This document shows positions 20,946-31,267 of a stretch of DNA of 64,000 bases, one piece after another. Each line of letters begins with the position of its first letter. Positions within the stretch are counted from its first letter, which is position 1. A model generated the notes under the pieces. That model was given only the letters and a program-made list of their open reading frames with translations. It had not been told where the DNA came from and did not search any database. The translations under genes and the position numbers were made by a program. This DNA comes from a virus. Its lineage: Duplodnaviria; Caudoviricetes. Location: the IMG/VR virus record IMGVR_UViG_3300005611_000013, positions 9,082 to 73,081 of that record, one strand, 5' to 3'.

Positions 20946-21017
20946 CTGCCCCGGTAGGATTTGAACCTACAACCTCAGTGTTAACAGCACTTTGCACTAC
21001 CATTGTGCTACAGGGCA
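20946..21017 (-). tRNA. tRNA-Asn(GTT)
   Basis: TGCCCTG...AGTG-CT-GTT-AA-CACT...CGGGGCA G. Confidence 0.9.
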
Positions 21018-21027
21018 TTCTAATATC

Positions 21028-21056
21028 ATTATACTTTTCTCTCGGCCTAGTGTCAA
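21028..21056 (-). promoter_or_regulatory. sigma70-type promoter for the Asn-Asp-Thr tRNA cluster
   Basis: TTGACA-N17-TATAAT, perfect consensus. Confidence 0.8.
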
Positions 21057-21145
21057 CTTAAAAAACTTTGTTTTTTCTTTTTTGGTGTATTGTATTAGTA
21101 GTACATTGTATTGTTTGCTTTTTATTCTACCAGAAGGAGGAACCT

Positions 21146-21652
21146 ATGTCAAGAGGAAAACGCAGTATTATTTGGGATATGCCATCACAAGAATTTCAAC
21201 AGCTTGTTCAAAGTAGCACAAGCATTGGACAAATACTTAAAGCCTTTGGTTTGTCTAACAAAGGGGGTAATAGTAACACTGTTAAGAGAAGAATAAAACA
21301 TGAAAATATTGATATGTCTCACATTATTTTAGGCAGGGGTTCTAATAAAGGGAAAACTTATACTCGTTTAACAAATGAAGAAATGTTTGTTTCCAACTCT
21401 ATCACCAGAAGAAAAGACCTTAAACGTAGGCTTATACGAGACAAACTTATTCCTTTTCAATGTAGAGATTGTGGTATTACACATTTATGGAATAATAAAC
21501 CAATAGTATTACAGCTTGAACATATTAATGGAGTATGTAACGACAACAGGCTTGAAAACTTATGTTTTCTTTGTCCTAATTGCCATAGCCAAACAGATAC
21601 TTTTGCTGGTAAAAAAGCTGGCCGGGTAGGACTCAAACCTACAACCCTCTGA
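21146..21652 (+). CDS. HNH endonuclease, convergent on and overlapping tRNA-Gln
   Basis: AGGAGG SD; CRDCG...LQLEHINGVCNDNRLENLCFLCPNCHSQT; paralog of 18087-18548. Confidence 0.88.
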   Translation: MSRGKRSIIWDMPSQEFQQLVQSSTSIGQILKAFGLSNKGGNSNTVKRRIKHENIDMSHIILGRGSNKGKTYTRLTNEEMFVSNSITRRKDLKRRLIRDKLIPFQCRDCGITHLWNNKPIVLQLEHINGVCNDNRLENLCFLCPNCHSQTDTFAGKKAGRVGLKPTTL

Positions 21653-21690
21653 TCCAAAGTCAGTTGCTCTATCAATTAAGCTACCGGCCA
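21618..21690 (-). tRNA. tRNA-Gln(TTG) with A19/U56 variant
   Basis: TGGCCGG TA GCTT AATTGATA GAGC A ACTGA CT-TTG-GA TCAGA GGGTT GTAGG TTTGAGT CCTAC CCGGCCA G. Confidence 0.85.
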
Positions 21691-21756
21691 GTTATAAGAC
21701 TTGCTATTTCTAACAAGTCAAACTAAATATAATTTACCTTATACTCTTCAATCATT

Positions 21757-22463
21757 CTACTCTTCAATCTTCATGTTGTCAAGTTCTTCTTGAATTTTTT
21801 TTTCGTCGTCTGCCGATGGATAATATAATTCCCAAGGTTTCCACTTAATTCTAGTTCTATATTCATAAACATCAAGATTTCCATCTTTATCAACATATTG
21901 ATACTCACAACAATACCATTCTTCTCCCTCAATATATTCACTTCCTTTTACTATCTCAAATAATTTTGGAAGTTGATTATCAAATTCATAAATGGTTTCA
22001 AAAAATAATCTCTTCCTTCCAGTATCTATAATGAAGTCTTCAACATACTTATTATACTCTATTGGAAAGAATATATGTTTAACAGATCTCTCTATGATTG
22101 GTGCCCTATTGCCCCAATAATTTGCGTGAGCAATAAACCCAATTGAAAGGCCCGCAAATAAAAACAAAAATTGATATAGTAATGTTCTTACAACTGTTTT
22201 TACAACTATCATTTTGAACTCCTTTGCCAAGAGAATAGATTATTTAGCCAAGCCTTTCTCTTAGAGCATCCACACTCTTGTAAATTAAACCACTCCTTAA
22301 AACGTTCTTGAGTGATGCCAAATTTTGTAAGCACTTCTTCAACAACGTCGCCCAACCCAACTACATCTGATTCTGTATGGCTGTCTTTGTTTAACCCTTT
22401 GGTTTCTAATTCTTTTATTACCTCGTCCATTTCTTTTCTTATGTCACTCATTCTTATCTCCAT
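21757..22463 (-). CDS. Two hypothetical proteins (one membrane-anchored)
   Basis: ORFs 21757-22230 (TM segment LLYQFLFLFAGLSIGFI) and 22209-22463 (ECGCSKR motif). Confidence 0.55.
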
Positions 22464-22881
22464 TTATTGATATTATTCTTTTCTTTATTTCCGAACTACT
22501 AATAGATTTAGTATAAGGAATATAAACTAGAACCATATGATTGTCTTCTAGCCAATCTTGTGTAAAATTCATTTGTTTATAGTAATCTTTTTTGGCCCAA
22601 TCATCACCAACTGCGATTATATCTGGCCTAACACTTAGTATTGTTGGTTTGCTATCTTCGCCGCTCAAGTTGGGAACGACCTTTTCAACATATTTACAAG
22701 ATAGTAATACAGACTCTCTTTCAGAATATGACATAATGGGCGGGGTTTTATATTTAGCAACAAAGTCATCTGTATTAAGACCAACGATAACGTGCTCACA
22801 AAGTTTCTTACATTGTCTCAGGAAATTTACATGTCCAGCATGAAAAAGATCAAAAGTTCCCCCTGTGTACAGGTATTTCAT
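22444..22881 (-). CDS. Cytidylyltransferase-like (TagD/RfaE family)
   Basis: YTGGTFDLFHAGH...VGLNTD...ERESVL...AVGDDW...SISSSEIK. Confidence 0.88.
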   Translation of the reverse strand: MKYLYTGGTFDLFHAGHVNFLRQCKKLCEHVIVGLNTDDFVAKYKTPPIMSYSERESVLLSCKYVEKVVPNLSGEDSKPTILSVRPDIIAVGDDWAKKDYYKQMNFTQDWLEDNHMVLVYIPYTKSISSSEIKKRIISINGDKNE

Positions 22882-23279
22882 TTTTTTCTCCTATTTTCTA
22901 TTATTAGTGGGTTTTTCTCCCAATTAATATTCTTTTATAATGTTTTCTATGGGAGCTTTTCCCCTAATCTATAGACTATATACACCATAAAACGCATAAT
23001 TAACCCAAGTAAAACGTATGTCATAAAGAGGGTGTTGATCACTACACAAATGCAAAAAACAACTATACTCTCTAACAAAGCATACATAAATACACTATAG
23101 TACATATATACCCTATATACTGGGATGTGGATTTTGGTGTTTTATTTGGGCTTTTTTTATTGAACGTGGGCCTCCCATAACATATATTTCAAAAAATGTC
23201 TTTCCCAATCTTTAAGGATCAGAGCATTGTCATATAGGTGTTTTTTATATATGCCCTATATAGAAAAGGTATAAAGTGC

Positions 23280-24047
23280 CTATATTTCTATGTGTTCCAT
23301 TGCGTACTCTATTATGGATATATACTGGTCTACTTGTAGGGGGGTGAATTCTTTACCTATACATGCCAATCCATACCTATACTGAAGTCTCTGTTTCTTA
23401 TTATACTCCGTAAGTTCATAAAGTTCATTCATTAAATCTATATCCTCGGCCCTATCAAATATATCAAGTAATGTGGTATATGCCGTCGTGTCATTGTATT
23501 TCCCATATATACTAGACATATGTTCGTAAAACTTCTTCTTAGATGGTATCTTCATAAGGTTCTCCTTTATATACGAAAAATTGTACTATTTTGTTACTAT
23601 TGGGCCTATATAGGGGCAAAGTTATACTAAAAGTCGCTCTGATACGTTAACTTTCATAATTTTATGTGGGGCATTATACATATTTGGTATAAGGGGTGAT
23701 TGTTTTTCTGGACCCATGTATATGTATGTATAGCCAGATTTACCATATACCCTAAGACCAGATACGTCTTTACCTAATACAGTGTATATACCGGGATCTG
23801 ACATATATGTCTTCTCGCCTTCTTGGTTTATATAGTAGGTGCCAGAGCGGCCCATAACTTTAATCCTTTGGCCCACCTCAATATCACTCCAGCTTATACT
23901 CTCTAATTTCTTAACATGCTTCTTCTTTACCTTGCTACCCTTGGCTCGCACCTCAAACGACTCCCCACAATGCTTACAGGTGTACGCACGGGCACCATTT
24001 ATTTGATTGCACTTCCCACAGAGCTTTTGTCCACGTTTTAATTTCAT
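23280..24047 (-). CDS. Two hypothetical proteins
   Basis: ORFs 23280-23555 and 23622-24047 (CGKC...CKHC zinc ribbon). Confidence 0.6.
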
Positions 24048-24524
24048 TTTAATTGTACCTCATTTTTCGCTGGCTGTAGACATCTGGACGATCTGTATAG
24101 TTCCGCCAGTACATTCTACTCTATTATCGGCACTTGTCAAGTACCACTTTAATTTTTATTCTCTTTTGGTATATATGTCTAGACCCCATCCCTTATCAGA
24201 TACCATAGGTTCTGATTGGAAAGGGCCAGTATTAGCTTATAGTGGTATGTATCTGATATATGGACCAGGACGCTGGGGTCTATGTAGGATCAACTACCTA
24301 CTCGTTGCCTGGACGGCCCAATGGCCTTTCGCTAACACTCGTCTCAACCCACTTATGAGGACTAGCCTCTCCAAACGTCGTATATTGTTTGGCTTTCTTT
24401 ATGCTTGGTATTGTTTTTCGTCTAATAATCCAAGAGAATAACGACATAGGGGAGGATTTCCAGCCCACCCCTCTACATACTAACGTCTTAATCAGATTAT
24501 TGCAAGGGCAATTTTTCTGAAATT

Positions 24525-24823
24525 CCGCTGGCTGTACCTATGTTGCCGATCTTTAAAGTTTGGGTAAGACAAACTCTAACTTATTATCCTTCATATTGAC
24601 GGCGTAACTATTAGCCATCCTTATAGTGTCTATATCGTGAATTACACACTTAGCATATACATTAACCCGCCACCTATTTTCAAATGTATTAATAGACCTA
24701 CAATGAGAATAATTACTGGGCTTCTCAATGTAATTAAAAATTAGATCACAAGGGGTCATCTTCATATCCATAAATTCTCCTATAAATAGTAAAAACCGCT
24801 GGCTGTACCTATGTTGCCGATCT
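24525..24823 (+). repeat. 28-bp direct repeat flanking a small ORF
   Basis: CCGCTGGCTGTACCTATGTTGCCGATCT at 24525-24552 and 24796-24823; ORF MKMTPCDL...PKL lies between them and ends at 24553. Confidence 0.9.
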
Positions 24824-24846
24824 GTAAAGATAGGGTAGTACAACCC

Positions 24847-24914
24847 TGAACCTTTGTACACTACTATACATCTGTACACTAGTGAACATACGTACACTAC
24901 TATACATACATACA
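24847..24914. repeat. Tandem TGWAC-N4-GTWCA boxes, 18-bp period
   Basis: TGAACCTTTGTACA (24847), TATACATCTGTACA (24865), TGAACATACGTACA (24883), TATACATACATACA (24901). Confidence 0.75.
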
Positions 24915-25128
24915 TCCATTAATCAATCTGATGGAACTCCATTATACCATGAGGAAATCTGAAAGTCAACGTAAGTGCTTGATATCATTAGACTTACGTC
25001 ACCGACGCCCCGCCCCCCGAGCCGTAAGTCCTTTGTTTTCAACGACTTACGTCACCGGGGCGAATGGAGAGCGGGAGAACGGGGCTGATGAACAGATGAA
25101 CACGGCCCCGTCTCCCTTCCCACCACCT

Positions 25129-26331
25129 TTACAGTGTAAGAGCGTACACCTTCTCATAATCCTTGTCGGTGTACGTTCGTGAACGTGCGAGAATGTTAGT
25201 CCATCGTGATGCACTAGTGTCCATCAGTAGACCGCCGATCTCATCAAGACGAACCCATGACTCATTATCAAACACCTGACCCGCACGGGTGATGGCGTTG
25301 ATGATACCAAACTTGTTATGCTCATGGGTTTCATGGGCAAGATACTGCTCAAGCGTTTCCGTTGCCTGTTTCTTGCTCAACTTGAAGTCGGAAGCAACGG
25401 CAGCGATAACACCCTTGGCGTTTGCATTGTCCATTGATTCCGCACGGGTATCAAGGAACTTACGAATACCGTCAGGAAGGATGGACAACTGAAACTCAAT
25501 GTTTTCAGCAATCATAATCTTGAGTTTATCAAGATCAATCTTTCCACGGTGAACCCGTGAAATATCCTTACCCTTTGTCTGACCCCAGATGCAACCATTC
25601 ATGCAGATCGCACGAAAGAGGCTAGGCGTCTGCGTGATGCGGCGTTTGCCGATCTCACAGTTACCCACAGAAACCATGCCACCGTAGTCGGTGTCGTCAT
25701 CCTGACCATAATCAATAACAGAGTCAGGAATCAGAAGGTTGCCGTAGATAGTATCCTCATCACCCTTCCAGTGTGAGAACCGTGCATCGGGCAGGAACTC
25801 ACGAAGAGTTTCCAGATACCAGCGGTTATCAATCGGGGCATACTTATCGGTAACAAACGCACGGGCAGTCCCGTCAGTATAGGTGCGAAGGCGAAACTCC
25901 TTGTCGGCATCAATCCGACGCAGAGCGTTATTGCCAATGCGGGCCATGAGGTCGGCATCGTGCTCATCGTACCCATCCAGTTTGCGAAGTTCACGCATGA
26001 CGCTGGACGATGGAACCTTGGTGCGGATGCTAAACTGCTCCAGGCAGTGATCCGTTGGCGTGAACGAGCGACCGTCAGCAGTGGTGAACTGCATGACATC
26101 ATTCACAACCGTGCAGGAAATCTGCCCAGCCTTGACCATGACATCCTCACGGTTATCAATGGCGTTTTGAGTCTTCTCAAGAACGTCATCGTAGGATTCA
26201 GTTTTAGCCCACCAATCTTTGTGGACATGGGCATTCTCTGCAAATCCTGTTCCGGTCGCACCTGTCAGGTTGCGAACAAATGAACCCGCAGTAATATCGC
26301 TATCAATCTTGATTTTCTCGTAAACAGTCAT
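25129..26331 (-). CDS. DUF932-family phage/plasmid protein
   Basis: ARAFVTDKYAPIDN...VGNCEIGK...LFRAICMNG...FGIINAITRA pattern. Confidence 0.7.
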   Translation of the reverse strand: MTVYEKIKIDSDITAGSFVRNLTGATGTGFAENAHVHKDWWAKTESYDDVLEKTQNAIDNREDVMVKAGQISCTVVNDVMQFTTADGRSFTPTDHCLEQFSIRTKVPSSSVMRELRKLDGYDEHDADLMARIGNNALRRIDADKEFRLRTYTDGTARAFVTDKYAPIDNRWYLETLREFLPDARFSHWKGDEDTIYGNLLIPDSVIDYGQDDDTDYGGMVSVGNCEIGKRRITQTPSLFRAICMNGCIWGQTKGKDISRVHRGKIDLDKLKIMIAENIEFQLSILPDGIRKFLDTRAESMDNANAKGVIAAVASDFKLSKKQATETLEQYLAHETHEHNKFGIINAITRAGQVFDNESWVRLDEIGGLLMDTSASRWTNILARSRTYTDKDYEKVYALTL

Positions 26332-26375
26332 ATCAATCTCCTAAGTGGTGGGAATCAAACTCAACTCTGTATATC

Positions 26376-28511
26376 TTACTCTACTTCATCTTCATTGTCA
26401 AGGTCAAAAATCTGATCAAAACAAGAGCCACAAGTACTACTGATCAGAAGTTCACGTTCGCCAGCAGAAAGGTATGGCATCATGTCTTGAATAAAGGCTT
26501 CGCCAGAACACCAATCGGCATAGTCTTGTGGATCAATGTACATGGTGTACAGAATGCCACAGTGCTTGCATCGCACATTGAACGGGTATCGCGGGTTTTT
26601 CGTCATATGGGCAACCATCATTTCTCTCCTTCGTGTCCCTTGATTCTACACTACGTATCGTCCATGTCAAGGGGTTTTCTTGAGGAAAAATATTTTGTGT
26701 CGTAAGTCCTTGATATGACTAGACTTACGTCGCCGCCGCCCCGCCCCCCGGAGCGTAAGTCCTTACGCCCCAAGGGTTTACGTCACTCAACCGGAAAGAG
26801 AAGTAGTTGAGGCCCGTTAGCAGTATATTCCACCTGTTTATCAAACTCTTTTAGTTCATAACCATAATCATCATCATAACCATAGGTTGCCTCTTCTATT
26901 GCTTGCATTTCTAGACGTTTGAGTTTTTCTTCATTTCCATCCTCAAACAGTTCATATAGAAGCATGTGGGCAACTTCATTATTTAACCATTCGTGATATT
27001 CACTTTCCCAAGTATCAAAGTACATTTCTCTGAGTTGCTGGGGCGTGTAAAGATCAAAAATACTACTTGCCATTATAGTGTCTCCCTTAGGTTCATTTAT
27101 TCTGCTTCGCTGTAAAAAGCAAAACTCTGAAAAAGACTATCAACTTCATCTAGAGTCCAAGTATAACTAGGACTATTTCCCTCATAATGCTTAATGTGTT
27201 CACTCAAACACTCTAGAGCATCCAGAATAATATTCATATCATGCTTTTGAATATAGTAAGTCATATTATAGTGACTCCCTTATTACCTGTACCAGATTAG
27301 ACACATCGCCCAACTCATACGCAAGATAATCATCTTCCATCTGATCTATAATCTTTTGTAAATTACCTTCAATCCTTTCTAGTGCAACCTTCAGGTCTGC
27401 TAGTGTCCAACGCTCGTCTGGATTCATATCAATAGCAGACATTATTTTTTCTTTGGAGATTTTCATGAATATGTCCTATCAGAGTAAACTTCCTCACCAT
27501 TCTCGTCTTCAACAAGAATATCGGAATGGTTCCACCCTAGTTCCTGAGCGTCTGACATAGCGTGTTCCATGCTATAGATAACGTACTCATCCTTATACTC
27601 GTTGTCAAGAGCAAGCCACTGTTTGGCAGTAATGAATGAGCTAGAAGCCACACCCTCATATAATCGCATAAAGATTGTGTTATCATCAAGAACCATATAA
27701 CCACTAAACTCTACAACAACTTTTCCAGCCATTTTAGCACCCCAAACTAATAAGAATGTCTTCGGAACCTTCCCAATCCAACTTGCGGTCCAGTATATAT
27801 TCTAGTTGGGCCTTTGTCAAGAGGGTATCAGCATTATTTCCGAAAGAAATCTCACTATGATTAACCTCCCCAAAAACCGCTTCAATATCCAACTTATTAA
27901 ACTCACAAAGGACTTCTAGAGTTACGCATTCAATGGTGAAAGTTTTCATCACTCGTCCTCCTGTGGCGACTCGTAGTCCTCGGCCTCCCAGTAGCACGGT
28001 GCTACTGGCTGTCCAGTAAAGTGAGCGATAGCCCGTTTGGCCCGCAGGATCATGTCTCTTTGCGAGTGCATATCCATGCCGGTCTGCTCATGGCATTCAG
28101 TGTCGTACTCATACTCCTCTAAGATGTCGGCCAGCACACTATGAAGTTCACACGCTGCCTGTGGGTTGCTTTTCATCACTCGTCCTCCTCCCATGTTATT
28201 CAAACTCCTTCAAGTGTTTAACGATAGAATCCCTGCGGGTACGTTGCCGTTTGGGGCGGTTGTCCATAATAGTAACTTTGCGGTCCTGTCTGTGTCCCGT
28301 AGGGACTTGCCAGATTTTGCGGGGGCTGATTTTGATACCCTTGATTTTGTGGTACGTTTTGCTCATACATATAGCCTTGGTGATAAATGTAATACTTTCC
28401 TGTTTGTGGGTTATAATACTGTTGCACCGGTTGAGGGTGATATTGGGCAGGATTCTTGAGTTGATTACTTGCAAGACCCAAAAGCCCCATCACTACTACT
28501 AAAGTTTCCAT
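26376..28511 (-). CDS. Run of small early-type hypothetical proteins
   Basis: ORFs 26376-26621 (CKHC/CGSC), 26783-27073, 27266-27466, 27463-27732, 27734-27948, 27949-28176, 28218-28511 (Q/P/Y-rich, signal-like N-terminus). Confidence 0.6.
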
Positions 28512-28613
28512 ATTATAACCTCATTCGTTGTTTGAGATAAGTGTCCAAATGAACACCATGATGAATAGTTCTATGATATAGGCAACCCTCCTTTCTCATT
28601 ACATAATGGAGAG

Positions 28614-28689
28614 TAGGGCGTGCTGGAGTCGAACCAGCCTATGAACACCTTATAAGAGTGTCGGATGCAACCGGCTTACCTTACGCCCC
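28614..28689 (-). tRNA. tRNA-Ile(TAT), atypical D-arm
   Basis: GGGGCGT/ACGCCCT-A acceptor; ACACT-CT-TAT-AA-GGTGT; GCTGG TTCGACT CCAGC; own promoter at 28711-28739. Confidence 0.75.
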
Positions 28690-28742
28690 GTCGTGTGAGC
28701 GACATGCACCATTATAGCACATGCCGCCCACACCGTCAAGGG

Positions 28743-28991
28743 CTAGGACAAAACGGTATCAACCATCTTGTCACATCGCAGGGTACGATACTGACGACTC
28801 TTTGGCTCAAGAACCAGAGCGTATCGGCCATGAGGACCGTCGCCCACCTTCTCAACCACGCCATCGTGCCACTTCAGCACATTCAGACGGCCATGCTTAG
28901 GGTACTTGCAACGGATATGCTGACCAACGGTAAGAGCCTTAGAAACTTCAACGTATGACATAAAATCAACCTCCAAAAACAATAGATTCAA
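28743..28991 (-). CDS. Hypothetical protein (SH3-like beta fold possible)
   Basis: VGQHIRCKY...GVVEKVG...RTLRCDKM. Confidence 0.5.
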   Translation of the reverse strand: MNLLFLEVDFMSYVEVSKALTVGQHIRCKYPKHGRLNVLKWHDGVVEKVGDGPHGRYALVLEPKSRQYRTLRCDKMVDTVLS

Positions 28992-29501
28992 CTTGCGAGA
29001 ACGTCAACGCGACGATCTTCCCCTTGACATCAACCTTTACACCCTCGCGGGTGATGGAAACAACCTTACCATCTGCAAGGTCACTCCCAAGTCCGATCAG
29101 TGGTTTCATTCACTCCCTTTCTTAATGGGCTACTTGTTATATCGTCATTTTATCAGAGGAACTTGAGTTGTCAACCGTTTTTTTCGTTTTTTTGGCTGAC
29201 TACCCATTTTCCCATGATCTTGCTAGATCAGCTAAGACAAACCCGTACAAGTGTTCAGTACTGTACAGTGTACACCACTGATCATCTGTCCAGCTTAATC
29301 CCTCCTCACTACTCCCTCATTCTACACTATCATCGTCCTATGTCAAGGGGTATCTTGAGATTTTCTTGTGAGTGTCGTAAGTCTTTTGTTTTCAAGCACT
29401 TACGTCACCGGCCCCCCGCCCCGCGAGTCGTAAGTCCTTTGGTATCAACGACTTACGTCACGCGAGGGTTTTGGTGAACATGCGTTCACGTTATATTAAC
29501 A

Positions 29502-30206
29502 TCAGTGAGAAGGGAATAGTACATTTTTCTTACCGCGAGGACACATATTGCAGGCGTTACTATCTTTACTTCCCGTGCATGTTACAAAGTCACGGCCCTT
29601 GCGAATCTCCGGACATGTTACAAATGTTTCACCTTCCAACACCACAAGTTTAGGAAGGGCGGCTTGCCACTCGGCTTTCTTTACTTTACCGCGAGGACGC
29701 TTTGATACAATGGCCTCGTCGGAATCACACCACGCGAACAGTTTGAAACCTACTCGCTTGGCTTCTGCCATATCTTCCGCATTGTGAATGCTAGCATACA
29801 CTGCCATATACTTTTCTAGTGAAACAAGTCGGCTATCATAAATATGAGTATAAAACCACATATCGGGAAGAGTATAACCGGACTTGATAACAGATTCACA
29901 AGCAACACTAACATTATTAACATAGTCCTCATCAAGTTTTCCATCAAGAAACCAATCTCCCCGTTCGTGCCATCGGATAGACTTTCCACGCTTAATAGCA
30001 TCAATGATCATGCTGCGAATGCGGGCTACTTCAGTTATAACGTTTTGCATACTGGCGGGGCGAACATTCTTATACTGTCGTTCCGTCGCTTCGGCATAGC
30101 ACCCATTGCCCAAGAATGCACACGTTGAGGGGCAAGTATCGCCCACCGGACGGCTAACAACAACGCAGCCCTTACCCAGTTTGTCGTTCCCGTTTGCTAC
30201 TTTCAT
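29502..30206 (-). CDS. GP88-like protein (Cys-rich, radical-SAM-like)
   Basis: GNDKLG...TCPSTC...GCYA...IRWHERGDW...WFYTH...TCPE...TC...C..C. Confidence 0.6.
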   Translation of the reverse strand: MKVANGNDKLGKGCVVVSRPVGDTCPSTCAFLGNGCYAEATERQYKNVRPASMQNVITEVARIRSMIIDAIKRGKSIRWHERGDWFLDGKLDEDYVNNVSVACESVIKSGYTLPDMWFYTHIYDSRLVSLEKYMAVYASIHNAEDMAEAKRVGFKLFAWCDSDEAIVSKRPRGKVKKAEWQAALPKLVVLEGETFVTCPEIRKGRDFVTCTGSKDSNACNMCPRGKKNVLFPSH

Positions 30207-30436
30207 TTTCTCGTCTCCGTTGGTGATGCTCTCATTCTACAAAGTATATCGGCAACGTCAAGCGGTATTCTTGAGAAAAAAAAAGATTTTTATGGCACAC
30301 GGTTTGCACGGGCAAATATCATGCCAAAGCTGCGGCACAGAAAATGCCTAGAGAAGTGACGTAAGTCGTTGGTATGACTAGACTTACGGCTTTGCCGCCC
30401 CGCCCCCCGAGTCGTAAGTCCTTTGATTGCAAGGGT

Positions 30437-30847
30437 TTACGTCACCAAGCAATCTTGATCAATGTAGCACCTATGCCCACTAGTTATAATAGTGTCCACA
30501 TGTCTACCATTCCAGTTTTCTTCTGGAAAACCCTCCAAACGCCACGCAGTATCAACTATGGGGTTAAAGTATAAGCGAGGATACTCGTCAGTATTTGCAG
30601 GACTAAAAACACTAAGATCACTACAAAACACATTGCGACACTGAACCCATCCACAAACGTCTTTAACTCCTGCGGCGTATACTTTTCTCGCTTTTGATTC
30701 ATTGCACACTAACTCACAATCTACCATAGTAAGTTGATATTTTGTTGGGTCAACATAAGATGGGGCACACTGCCTATCTTTCCCATCACGAATCTGCCAA
30801 AACTTATAGTAAGGTCCACGTTGAAGGTGAAAACGAACATTATACAT
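30437..30847 (-). CDS. Hypothetical protein
   Basis: MYNVRFHLQRGPYYKFWQIR...KDVCGWVQC; the stop lies inside a 29-bp palindrome. Confidence 0.6.
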   Translation of the reverse strand: MYNVRFHLQRGPYYKFWQIRDGKDRQCAPSYVDPTKYQLTMVDCELVCNESKARKVYAAGVKDVCGWVQCRNVFCSDLSVFSPANTDEYPRLYFNPIVDTAWRLEGFPEENWNGRHVDTIITSGHRCYIDQDCLVT

Positions 30848-31065
30848 TTAGTTAACCTCTTCGTAATCGTAATCTTCGTCGTAATCATCGCCCACGTAGC
30901 AGTCTAGTTCATCATCATACCACCACATCTCAGATATGTCAAGATCATCTTCATCCATTTTCATCACCATAAAAAGAGTAAAGGAAACAAAGAAACATAA
31001 TACTTAGTATGAGTTCAAACATTGTATATTCCTATTATACACAGAAAAACGATACTTGTCAATAG

Positions 31066-31138
31066 TAGGGGCGGTGGGACTCGAACCCACGATTTACGGT
31101 TTAAAAGACCGTTGCTTTAGCCACTAAGCTACACCCCC
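31066..31138 (-). tRNA. tRNA-Lys(TTT)
   Basis: GGGGGTG...ACGGT-CT-TTT-AA-ACCGT...GTGGG TTCGAGT CCCAC CGCCCCT A. Confidence 0.92.
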
Positions 31139-31175
31139 ATATTATCATTATACGACACTTGCGAATCCTGTCAAG

Positions 31176-31259
31176 TCCCAGATGGAGGAATTGAACCACT
31201 TGACGCCACCCTACATAATATGTCAGTTGATTTACAGTCAACCGTAGGGATCATCTGGG
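31176..31259 (-). ncRNA. Non-canonical tRNA-Tyr(GTA)-like RNA lacking a D-arm
   Basis: CCCAGATG/CATCTGGG-A acceptor, GTTGA-CT-GTA-AA-TCAAC anticodon arm, TTCAATT T-loop; only 9-10 nt where the D-arm should be. Confidence 0.65.
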
Positions 31260-31267
31260 TATTATAG

